From Apibacter sp. (lineage in GTDB: Bacteria > Bacteroidota > Bacteroidia > Flavobacteriales > Weeksellaceae), in NCBI GenBank assembly GCA_031552575.1, contig JAVBMH010000014.1, positions 44,222 to 108,221 of the forward strand: DNA of 64,000 nucleotides. The letters are read 5' to 3'. The notes beneath the pieces were generated by a model, which was given only the letters and a program-made list of their open reading frames with translations, was not told the DNA's origin and ran no database searches. Position 1 is the stretch's first letter. Each line of letters opens with the position of its first letter. Shown here piece after piece: positions 36,680-47,881 of the stretch. The position numbers were made by a program, and so were the translations under genes.

Positions 36680-37543
36680 ATGGCAGAGTGGGAAGGAAAA
36701 TCCAAAGGAACAGTAACAGGATATAAGATATTTGCATTTATCATAAAAAAAGTAGGATTAAATTCTGCTTACCTGCTTCTTTCATTTGTTTCCTTCTACT
36801 ATTTTCTCTTCAATTATAAACAAACCCGCGAAATTTATAACTATTTCAGAGAACACAGGAAAAATTCCATCCTGTTTAGTCTTATTAATACCTACCGGAA
36901 TAATTTTGTTTTCGGACAGACCCTTATAGATAAAGTGGCAATAACTTCCGGACTGGAAAAAAAATTTACTTACGATTTTGACGGAATAGAACATATACAT
37001 GAATTAGCCCGTAATCAGACAGGAGGAATCATGATCAGTGCCCATATAGGAAACTTTGAAGTTTCCCAGCATTTTATGGGAGAATTTGAAAAGAAAATAT
37101 ACCTTGTTACTACGGATGAAGAAAGAAGGGCTATAAAATCTTATTTGGATAGTATCACTTCAAAACCCAAAATAGATTTCATTGTGGTGAAAAACGATAT
37201 GTCCCATATCTTTGAAATCAATGAAGTCCTTGAAAAAAAAGAAATTATCTGCTTTACCGGAGACCGGTTTTTCCCGGGAAATAAAACCTTGGAAGCAGAT
37301 TTTTTAGGCAAAAAAGCTAAATTTCCCGCAGGGCCGTTTTTAATCAGTTCCCGCCTGAATTGTCCGGTACTTTTCGTTTACGTAATGAGAGAGAAAAACA
37401 AACACTATCATTTCTACGGAAGAAAAGCAGAATTTAAAAACCGGGATGCTCAGGGTTTACTGGAATCCTATGTAAAAAACATAGAAGGAATGTTGGATAA
37501 ATACCCGTTACAATGGTTTAATTATTATGATTTTTGGAAATAA
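36680..37543 (+). CDS. LpxL/HtrB-family (lipid A biosynthesis-type) acyltransferase
   Basis: 287 aa. N-terminal membrane anchor, ISAHIGNFE motif typical of the lauroyl/myristoyl acyltransferase family. Adjacent to an ACP and darAB. Confidence 0.65.
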   Translation: MAEWEGKSKGTVTGYKIFAFIIKKVGLNSAYLLLSFVSFYYFLFNYKQTREIYNYFREHRKNSILFSLINTYRNNFVFGQTLIDKVAITSGLEKKFTYDFDGIEHIHELARNQTGGIMISAHIGNFEVSQHFMGEFEKKIYLVTTDEERRAIKSYLDSITSKPKIDFIVVKNDMSHIFEINEVLEKKEIICFTGDRFFPGNKTLEADFLGKKAKFPAGPFLISSRLNCPVLFVYVMREKNKHYHFYGRKAEFKNRDAQGLLESYVKNIEGMLDKYPLQWFNYYDFWK

Positions 37544-37549
37544 TAAAAA

Positions 37550-38476
37550 ATGAAACAGGTTCTTGTTATATACTATTCCCAAACGGGACAACAAAAAGAA
37601 ATAGCTGATCACATCATTCAACCTTTAAATGAAGATCCGGAAGTTCAGATTTCCTGGTGTCAGATCCGGCCCAAGAAAAAATTTCCCTTTCCCTGGAATA
37701 ATACTGAATTCTTCGATGCTTTCCCTGAAACATTCCTCCAGATTCCGATGGAACTGGAACCGATAGATAATTCCGTTCTGAAAAAAGAATACGATTTAAT
37801 TATCTTGAGTTATCAGATTTGGTTTTTATCCATTTCACTTCCCGTTATTTCATTCCTGAAAAGTCCGGAAGCTCAACAATTGTTTAAAAACAAACCAGTG
37901 GTTACCGTTATCGGTTGCAGAAATATGTGGGCGATGGCGCAGGAAAAAATGAAAAAACAATTGTTGGATTTACAAGCTACTTTGGTAGGAAACATAGTTT
38001 TCACTGACCGGCAGTCCAATCATGTTAGCTTAATAACGCTTCTTCACTGGCTTTTTACAGGAAAAAAAGATTCCTATTTAGGTATTTTTCCTAAGCCGGG
38101 AGTTCCCGAAAAAGATATTCAGGAAGCAGGGAAATTCGGAGGTCCCATGTTATCAGCTTTAAAATCCAATAACTATACAAATCTCCAGGCCGAATTACTG
38201 AAATTAAAAGCAGTGATCGTAAAACCATTACTGGTTTTCATTGAAAAAAGAGGAACTTTCATCTTCACCGGATGGTCGGCATTGATCAGGAAAAAAGGGA
38301 ATCCGGGAGATGAAGCACGCCGCCCCTGGCTGAAAGTATTTTATTATTATTTAATGATCGCCCTTTGGGTAGTGGCACCCGTAGTTACGTTAATATTTAA
38401 TTTAATATATTTGCCTTTATTTTTCTTATTTGAAAAAAGCAAAAATTATTATAAATCAGTAACATTAAAATCATAA
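37550..38476 (+). CDS. darA: Dialkylresorcinol condensing enzyme DarA-like (flavodoxin-like N-terminus, C-terminal membrane segment)
   Basis: VLVIYYSQTGQ flavodoxin-like start, about 308 aa, immediately upstream of and translationally coupled to the DarB-like KSIII (the TAATG at 38474-38478 holds the darA stop, with the darB ATG starting at its last base). Confidence 0.65.
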   Translation: MKQVLVIYYSQTGQQKEIADHIIQPLNEDPEVQISWCQIRPKKKFPFPWNNTEFFDAFPETFLQIPMELEPIDNSVLKKEYDLIILSYQIWFLSISLPVISFLKSPEAQQLFKNKPVVTVIGCRNMWAMAQEKMKKQLLDLQATLVGNIVFTDRQSNHVSLITLLHWLFTGKKDSYLGIFPKPGVPEKDIQEAGKFGGPMLSALKSNNYTNLQAELLKLKAVIVKPLLVFIEKRGTFIFTGWSALIRKKGNPGDEARRPWLKVFYYYLMIALWVVAPVVTLIFNLIYLPLFFLFEKSKNYYKSVTLKS

Positions 38477-39609
38477 TGAACGAAGTATATATAACCGCTG
38501 TAAGTAAATTTTTACCCAATGATCCGGTTTCCAATGATAAAATGGAAGAAAAATTAGGTTATATCAACGGAAAACCGTCCAAAGCAAGACCTATCATACT
38601 AAGAAGTAATAAAATAACCACCCGGTATTACGCCATCAATGAAGATGGAACTCCATCGCATAGCAATACAGAATTAACCTATGAAGCAGTTAAAAATCTT
38701 GTTAACACTGGAGCTATAAAAGAAGAAGATATAGAATTATTATCTTGTGGAAGTACTACTCCCGATCAGTTACAGCCCTCTCATGCCAGTATGGTTCACG
38801 GATTGTTTAAAAAATCCATTGAAATAAATTCTGCAGCAGGTATTTGTACCGCAGGAATGAGTGCATTAAAATATGGATATCTTTCTGTTCTTGCAGGAAA
38901 TAGCAACAATGCTGTTTGCGTAGGTTCTGAAAGACTTTCTTCCTGGATGCGGGCGGAAAAATTCGATCCGGAAATAGAAAACCTTACACCCTTAGAAAAA
39001 AATCCCATCATAGCCTTTGAAAAAGATTTCCTTCGCTGGATGCTTTCCGACGGAGCAGGAGCCTTTTTACTAGAAAATCAACCCAAAGGAAAACAACCCA
39101 TTAAAATCCGTTGGATTCACGGAGTTTCTTATGCCAATGAACTGGAAACCTGTATGTATGCAGGTGCTGTAAAAAGAGAAGATGGAAACCTTATTCCTTG
39201 GAGCGATATGGAGCCAAAAGACTGGTTGGATAAATCTGTTTTTTCATTGAAACAGGATGTTAAAATGTTGAACAATAATGTCATTCAAAAAGGAGCTCGA
39301 AGTGTTAAAGAAGCCTTTGAAGCAAAATCCTTTGATGTAAATGAGATTACATACTTCTTACCACATATTTCTTCTTTTTACTTCAAAGATAAGCTTTATG
39401 ACGAATTGAAGGAATTAGGTTTGGAAATTCCTTACGAAAAATGGTTTCTCAACCTGGATAGAGTAGGGAATGTAGGAGCAGCATCCAGTTATTTACAATT
39501 AGAAGAACTGGCGAATTCAGGAAAACTAAAATCAGGAGATGTCGTTTTGCTTTCAGTTCCTGAAAGCGGAAGATTTTCCTATATGAATGCCTTGCTGGAA
39601 GTTTGTTAA
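38476..39609 (+). CDS. darB: DarB-like ketosynthase III (dialkylresorcinol/cyclohexanedione-forming)
   Basis: 377 aa, FabH-like. Candidate nucleophile Cys in SAAGICTAGMSALKYG. C-terminal NVGAASSYL. Paired with darA. Confidence 0.7.
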   Translation: MNEVYITAVSKFLPNDPVSNDKMEEKLGYINGKPSKARPIILRSNKITTRYYAINEDGTPSHSNTELTYEAVKNLVNTGAIKEEDIELLSCGSTTPDQLQPSHASMVHGLFKKSIEINSAAGICTAGMSALKYGYLSVLAGNSNNAVCVGSERLSSWMRAEKFDPEIENLTPLEKNPIIAFEKDFLRWMLSDGAGAFLLENQPKGKQPIKIRWIHGVSYANELETCMYAGAVKREDGNLIPWSDMEPKDWLDKSVFSLKQDVKMLNNNVIQKGARSVKEAFEAKSFDVNEITYFLPHISSFYFKDKLYDELKELGLEIPYEKWFLNLDRVGNVGAASSYLQLEELANSGKLKSGDVVLLSVPESGRFSYMNALLEVC

Positions 39610-39611
39610 AA

Positions 39612-40040
39612 ATGGAACCGTTAGTAGCACAACACGAAGTTACTAAACTGATACCTCAGCGGCATCCTATATTATTGGTAGATCAGTTACTGTCCTACAC
39701 AAAAGAAGAAGCCGTTTCCGGTTTTCATATCTCATCAGATCATATTTTTGTTGATAAGAATGGCTTTTTAACAGAAAGCGGATTGATTGAGAACATTGCG
39801 CAGACTACTGCCATGCATCAGGGGTACGAATATTATATAAAAGGAGTTCCAGCTCCCGAAGGATACATAGGTTCCATAAGAAAATTACGAATTATAGAAT
39901 TACCTCCTGTAAACACTACTTTAAAAACCCGTATTACCATTGTAAGCGAAATATTGGGAGTAACCATTATAAGCGGACAAGTACTATATAACGGTAAAGA
40001 AATAGCTCATGGAGAAATGAGACTGGTTCAGGTAAAATAG
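39612..40040 (+). CDS. Hotdog-fold dehydratase/thioesterase-like protein
   Basis: ORF track 39603 uses a TTG start; the ATG at 39612 is preferred. About 142 aa. Shares the GLIENIAQT motif with the next ORF (GLIENMAQT). Confidence 0.55.
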   Translation: MEPLVAQHEVTKLIPQRHPILLVDQLLSYTKEEAVSGFHISSDHIFVDKNGFLTESGLIENIAQTTAMHQGYEYYIKGVPAPEGYIGSIRKLRIIELPPVNTTLKTRITIVSEILGVTIISGQVLYNGKEIAHGEMRLVQVK

Positions 40041-40045
40041 ATGTT

Positions 40046-40501
40046 ATGAATAATTTCGGGAACATAGAAGAATACATACCTCACCGGAAACCCATAATTA
40101 TGCTGGACAAGATTCTCAGCATACAAGGCTTTGAAATTAAAACCTCCTATACCATAAAAAAAGATTGTGTTTTAGTTTCCGGAAATAAAATTCTCGAAAC
40201 AGGACTGATAGAAAACATGGCGCAAACCAGTTTTGTTTTTTTAAAAGCCCTGTTTGCAGATGAAACCAATACGGATTTTCAGAATCCTGAACAAACATTA
40301 GGATTTATAAGTACCATAAAGAACCTTCAGATACTGGATTTACCTTCAGTAGAAAATGAATTGATTACCACAACAGAAGTGGATTTAGTGTTCAAATCGC
40401 CCGAGCTTAAAATAATAGACGTAAAAGGATATACTCAGGTAGAAGAAAAAACCGTTTTTCAGTCAGAAATGAAAATGTTAGTACAAACCCGATCCGAATG
40501 A
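40046..40501 (+). CDS. Hotdog-fold protein (paralog of the preceding ORF)
   Basis: 151 aa. PHRKPIIMLDKIL and GLIENMAQT parallel PQRHPILLVDQLL and GLIENIAQT of the preceding ORF. Confidence 0.55.
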   Translation: MNNFGNIEEYIPHRKPIIMLDKILSIQGFEIKTSYTIKKDCVLVSGNKILETGLIENMAQTSFVFLKALFADETNTDFQNPEQTLGFISTIKNLQILDLPSVENELITTTEVDLVFKSPELKIIDVKGYTQVEEKTVFQSEMKMLVQTRSE

Positions 40502-40911
40502 AAAAAGACCATGTACCACAGGATGAAGGAAACCTGGTGAAAAGCAATATGAAGGACCTTTCTTATGCCACTGATGAAGAAGGCAAATATACCACTGTGC
40601 TGAGTACCGGATGGGAACCGACCACATTGGCACAGAAAGAATCTATGGATCTGATAAATGAACGGATTGAAGAAGCCAGAAATAAAGTATTGGCAGGAGA
40701 ATTAAGTCCCATTGCCTATTATATGGAACTCAACCGCATGGATGTTCCCATCCTGTCAAGTTATACCAAAATTTGGAGCTGGTTTGTAAAACGACACCTG
40801 AAACCTAAACATTTCGCAGCTTTAAAAGAAAAAACACTACATAAATATGCAGAAGCATTTAATATAACCCCGGAACAATTAAAAGATATTGAGAAATACA
40901 GCGAAGAATAA
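40498..40911 (+). CDS. Hypothetical protein of the pigment cluster
   Basis: 137-aa ORF, translationally coupled on both sides. No motif recognised. Confidence 0.45.
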   Translation: MKKDHVPQDEGNLVKSNMKDLSYATDEEGKYTTVLSTGWEPTTLAQKESMDLINERIEEARNKVLAGELSPIAYYMELNRMDVPILSSYTKIWSWFVKRHLKPKHFAALKEKTLHKYAEAFNITPEQLKDIEKYSEE

Positions 40912-41910
40912 ATGAAAGTAGAGTTTGAACACCATCAGGCTGCCCATTGTGAAAACGGAGTAGTTTCCAACCTTTTACGAAACCGGGGAATCTATATTTC
41001 AGAACCGATGGCTTTTGGTATAGGTTCCGGATTATTCTTTGTTTACTTGCCTTTCCTGAAAGTCAACTTTGCTCCAGGATTCAGTTACCGTCCCATGCCC
41101 GGATTTATCTTTAAAAGACTGGGTAAACGTTTGGGATTCAAAATAAAAAGACAACGATTTTCTTCCAAAAAGAAAGCTCAGGAAGAACTGGATCAAATGC
41201 TTCAGAAAAAAATACCGGTAGGTTTGCAGGTAGGAGTTTTTAATCTTGTCTATTTTCCCGATGAATACCGGTTTCATTTCAATGCTCACAATTTAGTAGT
41301 CTTTGGAAAAGAAGGAGATCAATACCTTATCAGCGATCCGGTAATGGAACAACCAGTAAGTCTTACAGAAAAAGAACTCGAAAAAGTTCGGTTTGCACAG
41401 GGAGCGTTGCCACCCAAAGGGCATATGTACTATCTGACCGATATTCCGAAGGATATTCATCTGGAACAAGCAATTATAAAAGGAATCAAACAAACCTGCA
41501 ACGATATGTTGGCTCCTGTTCCCATCATAGGAGTACGAGCTATGAGATGGGTAGCCAAAAGCATTAAAAAGTGGCCGGAGAAAATAGGAATTAAAAAAAC
41601 CAATCACTATTTAGGACAACTGATCCGGATGCAGGAAGAAATAGGAACCGGAGGCGGAGGTTTCCGATTTATTTACGCTGCTTTTTTACAGGAAGCATCT
41701 CAGGTTCTTCATAAACCGGAACTGATAGAAATGTCTAAGGAAATGACGGAAATAGGAGACGAATGGCGCGATTTTGCATTGAATATTTCTCGTGTTTACA
41801 AAAACCGGAATTCCAAAGATCAAATTTATCAGGAACTTTCCCAACAACTCATGAACTTATCATACAAAGAAGAAGACTTCTTTAAAAGGCTGAAAAAGAT
41901 GATTTGCTAA
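40912..41910 (+). CDS. BtrH-N-terminal-domain-like protein (papain-like fold; possible acyl-transfer enzyme)
   Basis: 332 aa. N-terminal HHQAAHCENGVVSNLL matches the Cys-containing start of BtrH-like/DUF4872 proteins as I recall them. Confidence 0.5.
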   Translation: MKVEFEHHQAAHCENGVVSNLLRNRGIYISEPMAFGIGSGLFFVYLPFLKVNFAPGFSYRPMPGFIFKRLGKRLGFKIKRQRFSSKKKAQEELDQMLQKKIPVGLQVGVFNLVYFPDEYRFHFNAHNLVVFGKEGDQYLISDPVMEQPVSLTEKELEKVRFAQGALPPKGHMYYLTDIPKDIHLEQAIIKGIKQTCNDMLAPVPIIGVRAMRWVAKSIKKWPEKIGIKKTNHYLGQLIRMQEEIGTGGGGFRFIYAAFLQEASQVLHKPELIEMSKEMTEIGDEWRDFALNISRVYKNRNSKDQIYQELSQQLMNLSYKEEDFFKRLKKMIC

Positions 41911-41970
41911 TATGCTAGTGGACAATATGCCGATGAGACAATGAAATAATGTGCTAAGATTTACAAATTA

Positions 41971-41999
41971 CAATTTTTCAGTTGTCCAATTTTTCAGTT
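41971..41999 (+). repeat. Tandem direct repeat CAATTTTTCAGTT x2 (16-bp period)
   Basis: 41971-41983 and 41987-41999, about 100 nt upstream of the ATG at 42100. Confidence 0.7.
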
Positions 42000-42099
42000 A
42001 TTCACCTATTGGCAAATTAAATAATTAACGCATTTTACCCTCTTGCCTATTATCCCTTCTTTTTGTATCTTTCTCCGTTCAAATAGAGTTTAGTAATTT

Positions 42100-45087
42100 A
42101 TGGATACCGGAGGAATAAACACACAAAATACCGCACAGGATTATTTAAAACGCTTCCAGTTTAAAGATATTTCTTTTGCCAGTCTGATGAATAAAAGAAT
42201 ATACAACATTCTTCTCATCGCCATCAAATACGATCTTTTTATACTGGAAGAAGATGGAAGAATAGACGAACAGATATTTTACGAATATACTTCCCTCAAC
42301 TTGCGTTATCCTCCTCGTTTCACACAGGTTTCCACCGAAGAAGAAGCTTTCCAGAACTTACAGGAAAATCATTACGAACTCATCATCTTTATGCCTAATA
42401 TGGATGATATTGATATGTTTTCTACTGCCCGGAACATAAAAGAATGTTATCCTGATATTCCTTTGGTCGTATTGACGGCCTTTTCTAAAGAAGTTTCCAA
42501 ACGATTATCCGTAGTGGACCTGAGTTTTGTAGATTACGTATTCAGTTGGCTCGGAAATTCCAATTTGTTGCTGGCGATCATTAAACTCATAGAAGATTCC
42601 ATGAATGTGGAACACGATGTGCAGACTGTGGGAGTTCAGGTGATTCTCTTAGTGGAAGATTCCGTCCGGTTCTATTCCTCAGCCTTGCCTTCCCTTTTCA
42701 AGATTGTGATGAAAGAATCCAAGGAGTTTGCTAAAGAAGCCCTCAATGAACACCAACAGATGTTGAGAATGAGAGGGCGTCCTAAAATTCTCTTGGCCAG
42801 AAGTTACGAAGAAGCTAGTGATATCTATTCCAAGTATAAAGATAATATGTTGGGAATTGTAACGGATATGAGCTATATGCGTAAAGGAATAAAAGAAAAA
42901 CTCGCAGGATATTATTTGGCAAAATGGGTAAAAGAACAAGACCGTTTTCTGCCTATCATATTTAACTCTTCAGATCCTACCAACAAAATATATGCAGATG
43001 AATTGAACTGCGATTTTATTGATAAAAATTCCAAAAGTTATCCTCACGACCTGCAGGCAAGGATATTGAAACAATTTGGATTTGGGGATTTTATCATCAT
43101 TAATCCCCGAACCAAAGAAGAACTCTACCGGATTAAAAGCCTGAAGGATTTACAACGAACTATCATGGAAATTCCGGATGATTCCCTGAGTTATCATATG
43201 TCTCACAATCATTTTTCCCGGTTTCTGTATTCCATAGCCATGTTTCCCATAGCCGAAATGCTGAAGGAAATCCACATAAAAGATGTGAATCTCAATGATG
43301 CCCGTCAACTTATTTACGATGCCATTGTGGAATATCGGAAGATGAAAAATACCGGAGTTATTGCTGTATTTGATAAAAATCGGTTTGATGAATTTTCTGA
43401 ATTTGCGCGAATAGGAGACGGATCTTTAGGGGGAAAGGGAAGAGGATTGGCCTTTTTAGGGAATATCATAAAAACACATCTCGAACTGAATGATCATCCC
43501 AACTTTCCGGTTGCTTTGCCCAAAACCGTCGTTTTGTGTACCGATATCTTTGATGAATTTATGGAATCCAATGAGCTGTATTCCATAGCCTTGTCGGACG
43601 CAGATGACGAAGTAATTCTCCATCATTTTCTGAGAGCAAAATTACCGGAAAGACTGGACGAAGACTTTATGGTTTTTTTTAATGCAATAAAAACTCCGTT
43701 AGCCATACGTTCATCCAGTTTATTGGAAGATTCTTATTATCAGCCGTTTGCTGGAATATATTCCACCTATATGGTTCCAAATCTGGAAGACAAACAAAAA
43801 ATGCTTTTACTGGTAAAAGATGCCGTAAAATCAGTATATGCCTCCGTGTTTTATAAAGATAGTAAAGCCTATATGACTGCCACCCATAATGTAATAGATG
43901 AAGAAAAAATGGGAATCGTGTTGCAGGAAGTAGTGGGGAGTCAGTATGAAAACCGTTTTTATCCAACTCTTTCAGGAGTTACCCGGTCGCTTAATTTCTA
44001 TCCTATTGATTACGAAACGGCAGAAGAAGGAATCGTGAATATAGCATTGGGGTTAGGAAAATATATTGTGGAAGGAGGAACTACGTTGCGATTTTCACCC
44101 TATCATCCCAATAATATCTTACAATTAAGCTCGGTCGATTTTGCCCTTCGGGAAACTCAGCGACAGTTTTATGCCCTGAGTATGGAAGATATTACCGAAG
44201 AATTTTCTATTAACGACGGATTTAATCTTCTCAAATTAAATATAAACGATGTTTTGGGAGATGATTCCATACGATATATAGTTTCCACGTATGAACCGAT
44301 GGAACAGATTATTTATGACGGATTTTATGAAGGCGGAAGGAAAATAATTTCCTGTGCCAATATTCTTCAACACGAATTGTTCCCTTTGGCAGAAACGTTA
44401 CAGAAAGTACTCCGGATTACCAAGGAAGAAATGGGGAGGGATATAGAGATTGAATTTGCTGTAAACATAAAGAACAAGGAAAAAGGAGCGTTTTATCTTT
44501 TACAAATCCGTCCGATCGTTCATAACAAAGAAGTTATGAATGAAGAGTTGACAGAGATTCCGTTGGAAGATACCATTTTGACCACCAATAATGCATTGGG
44601 AAATGGAATCGTAGATGATGTGTATGATCTGATTTACGTAAAATCCGAAGGATTTAATGCTGCCAATAATCAGTTTATTGCCTATGAAATTGAAAAACTC
44701 AACAAGCAATTTACCGAAGAAGACAAAGGTTATGTATTGGTTGGCCCGGGAAGATGGGGAAGTAGTGATCCTTGGTTGGGAATTCCGGTTAAGTGGTCGT
44801 ATATCACCAATGCAAGACTATTAGTAGAATCCGGATTGGAACATTACAGAGTAGAACCAAGTCAGGGAACCCATTTTTTCCAGAATCTGACCTCATTCGG
44901 AGTAGGATATTTCACTATAAATGCCTATCAGGAAGGAGAAGGAACTTTTGATGAAGAATATCTGAATAGTCAGCCCGCGGTATTTGAAACCCAGTATATC
45001 CGGCATATCCGGTTTAACAAACCGCTTATCATTAAAACCAACGGAAAGAAAAAATACGGGATTTTATTGAAACCTGAGGAAAGTTAG
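42100..45087 (+). CDS. Receiver-like domains fused to a PEP/pyruvate-binding (ATP-grasp) domain protein; not a canonical dikinase
   Basis: 995 aa. The N-terminal about 330 aa hold two CheY-like segments (YELIIFMPNMDDIDMF...VVLTAFS; VILLVEDSVRF...GIVTDMSYM...IIFNSSD). Centre: GDGSLGGKGRGLAFL, a PpsA/PPDK N-terminal-domain motif. No TSH phosphohistidine swivel motif seen. Confidence 0.65.
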   Translation: MDTGGINTQNTAQDYLKRFQFKDISFASLMNKRIYNILLIAIKYDLFILEEDGRIDEQIFYEYTSLNLRYPPRFTQVSTEEEAFQNLQENHYELIIFMPNMDDIDMFSTARNIKECYPDIPLVVLTAFSKEVSKRLSVVDLSFVDYVFSWLGNSNLLLAIIKLIEDSMNVEHDVQTVGVQVILLVEDSVRFYSSALPSLFKIVMKESKEFAKEALNEHQQMLRMRGRPKILLARSYEEASDIYSKYKDNMLGIVTDMSYMRKGIKEKLAGYYLAKWVKEQDRFLPIIFNSSDPTNKIYADELNCDFIDKNSKSYPHDLQARILKQFGFGDFIIINPRTKEELYRIKSLKDLQRTIMEIPDDSLSYHMSHNHFSRFLYSIAMFPIAEMLKEIHIKDVNLNDARQLIYDAIVEYRKMKNTGVIAVFDKNRFDEFSEFARIGDGSLGGKGRGLAFLGNIIKTHLELNDHPNFPVALPKTVVLCTDIFDEFMESNELYSIALSDADDEVILHHFLRAKLPERLDEDFMVFFNAIKTPLAIRSSSLLEDSYYQPFAGIYSTYMVPNLEDKQKMLLLVKDAVKSVYASVFYKDSKAYMTATHNVIDEEKMGIVLQEVVGSQYENRFYPTLSGVTRSLNFYPIDYETAEEGIVNIALGLGKYIVEGGTTLRFSPYHPNNILQLSSVDFALRETQRQFYALSMEDITEEFSINDGFNLLKLNINDVLGDDSIRYIVSTYEPMEQIIYDGFYEGGRKIISCANILQHELFPLAETLQKVLRITKEEMGRDIEIEFAVNIKNKEKGAFYLLQIRPIVHNKEVMNEELTEIPLEDTILTTNNALGNGIVDDVYDLIYVKSEGFNAANNQFIAYEIEKLNKQFTEEDKGYVLVGPGRWGSSDPWLGIPVKWSYITNARLLVESGLEHYRVEPSQGTHFFQNLTSFGVGYFTINAYQEGEGTFDEEYLNSQPAVFETQYIRHIRFNKPLIIKTNGKKKYGILLKPEES

Positions 45088-45185
45088 AATTTAGATTTAC
45101 GATTTTTGATTGACAATTTACGAGTGATATATAAGATTGTAACTCTAAAATAATGTGAGTTTAATACAATAAATTATAATCTTAC

Positions 45186-45381
45186 TTTCTAATAACCCGG
45201 CCTCTGAGCAAATGCGTCAGAAAAATGAGAAGAAAAAGCGTTAAAAAATATTTATGTTTGAGCGAAGCGAGTTCAAATATTTTAGCTTTTTCGATGAGTT
45301 TTTCAAGCTAAATTTGCTCAAAGCCTTGATTTTTTCTTCCTTTTTTATCAAGAAAAAAGGAAATATATTTAATAATCAAAC
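45186..45381. repeat. Dispersed palindromic intergenic repeat, copy B
   Basis: See copy A (14945..15140). The 103-aa ORF 45254..45565 in the track runs through it and is judged spurious. Confidence 0.85.
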
Positions 45382-45404
45382 AATTATATTTGATATATTG
45401 AAAT

Positions 45405-45439
45405 CAATAAAAACTAAGCGCAGGCAAAGCCTGCGCTTA
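45405..45439 (-). terminator. Intrinsic terminator of gdhA
   Basis: Stem TAAGCGCAGGC / GCCTGCGCTTA with loop AAA, followed on the minus strand by GTTTTTATT. Confidence 0.7.
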
Positions 45440-45492
45440 ATGCTAAAATCTATATATTTCCTTAAGTCTTATATCTTAAAATCTTACCTCTT

Positions 45493-46845
<1,353 letters not shown>

Positions 46846-46940
46846 TTAATGGTTTAAAGTGTTGTTACTGATAAGACCGTATTGAGTAAGGTGGAATTAG
46901 TAACTTTTTTATTTCGGAGAGTAAATGTAGTTAAAATTTC

Positions 46941-46954
46941 ATTTTTGCAAAAAT
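46941..46954. promoter_or_regulatory. Perfect 14-bp palindrome ATTTTTGCAAAAAT in the gdhA/ABC divergent control region
   Basis: Self-complementary, 114 nt upstream of the gdhA start codon. Confidence 0.35.
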
Positions 46955-47131
46955 TTTTTTATAAAAATTATTTAGAAGTGATAAATGTATTTATTGTGTT
47001 TTGTAAATCAATAAAGTGAAATAATTTTTTACTGGATGAAATTTCAGTATTCTTAAAATAAATGTAAAATCATTACTGGAAATGTATTTAAAATTCAGAA
47101 AGGAAATCCAAATTATTTCTATTTTTGCGGA

Positions 47132-47881
47132 ATGGTCAGCATCAAAGTTGAAAAATTATTTAAAATCTATAAAGGAAATCAGGATTATATTCTGAATGAT
47201 CTTAGTTTGGATGTCAATCACTCTGATGTCTTTGGATTATTGGGACCTAACGGGGCAGGAAAAACGACTTTGATTTCCATACTTTGCGGATTGATTCGGC
47301 CCAATTCCGGAACGGTTTTGCTGAATGATTTGTCTTATAAAAATAACCGGAAGGAAATACAAAAATTTATAGGAGTAGTTCCTCAGGAATATGCTTTATA
47401 TCCGACTCTGACCGCCTATGAAAATCTTCAGTATTTTGGAAGTTTGCACGGAATTTCATCTTCCGAACTAAAAAAAAGAATTGAAAAAGGACTGGAAGAA
47501 GTGAGTTTGCAGGATTTTGCCCATAAACAGATCAAAACCTTTTCGGGAGGAATGAAACGGAGGATTAATATTTTGTCAGGAATTTTACATAAACCGCAAA
47601 TCCTGTTTCTGGATGAACCCACGGTAGGAGTGGATGTACAATCCAAAGAAGCAATTATTGATTACCTGACCCGATTAAACAAAGAAGGTACAACTATTAT
47701 TTATACTTCACATCATTTGAATGAAGCCCAGCATTTCTGTACACAAATTGCTATTATCGATTTGGGAAAAATAGTCGCAAAAGGAAACCCGCAGGAATTG
47801 ATCTATTCCATTGAAGGAGCGGAAAATCTGGAAAATGTTTTCATACGTCTCACAGGTAAACAGGTAAGAGATTATGCGTAA
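47132..47881 (+). CDS. ABC transporter ATP-binding protein (ABC-2 type)
   Basis: Walker A GPNGAGKTT, signature FSGGMKRR, Walker B ILFLDEPTVGVD. Confidence 0.9.
   Translation: MVSIKVEKLFKIYKGNQDYILNDLSLDVNHSDVFGLLGPNGAGKTTLISILCGLIRPNSGTVLLNDLSYKNNRKEIQKFIGVVPQEYALYPTLTAYENLQYFGSLHGISSSELKKRIEKGLEEVSLQDFAHKQIKTFSGGMKRRINILSGILHKPQILFLDEPTVGVDVQSKEAIIDYLTRLNKEGTTIIYTSHHLNEAQHFCTQIAIIDLGKIVAKGNPQELIYSIEGAENLENVFIRLTGKQVRDYA

Noticed and set aside
47120-47127. TATTTTTG (-7 box match) 4 nt upstream of the ABC ATPase start codon.
   Set aside because: It is too close to the ATG at 47132 to serve this start unless the mRNA is leaderless, so I did not call it.
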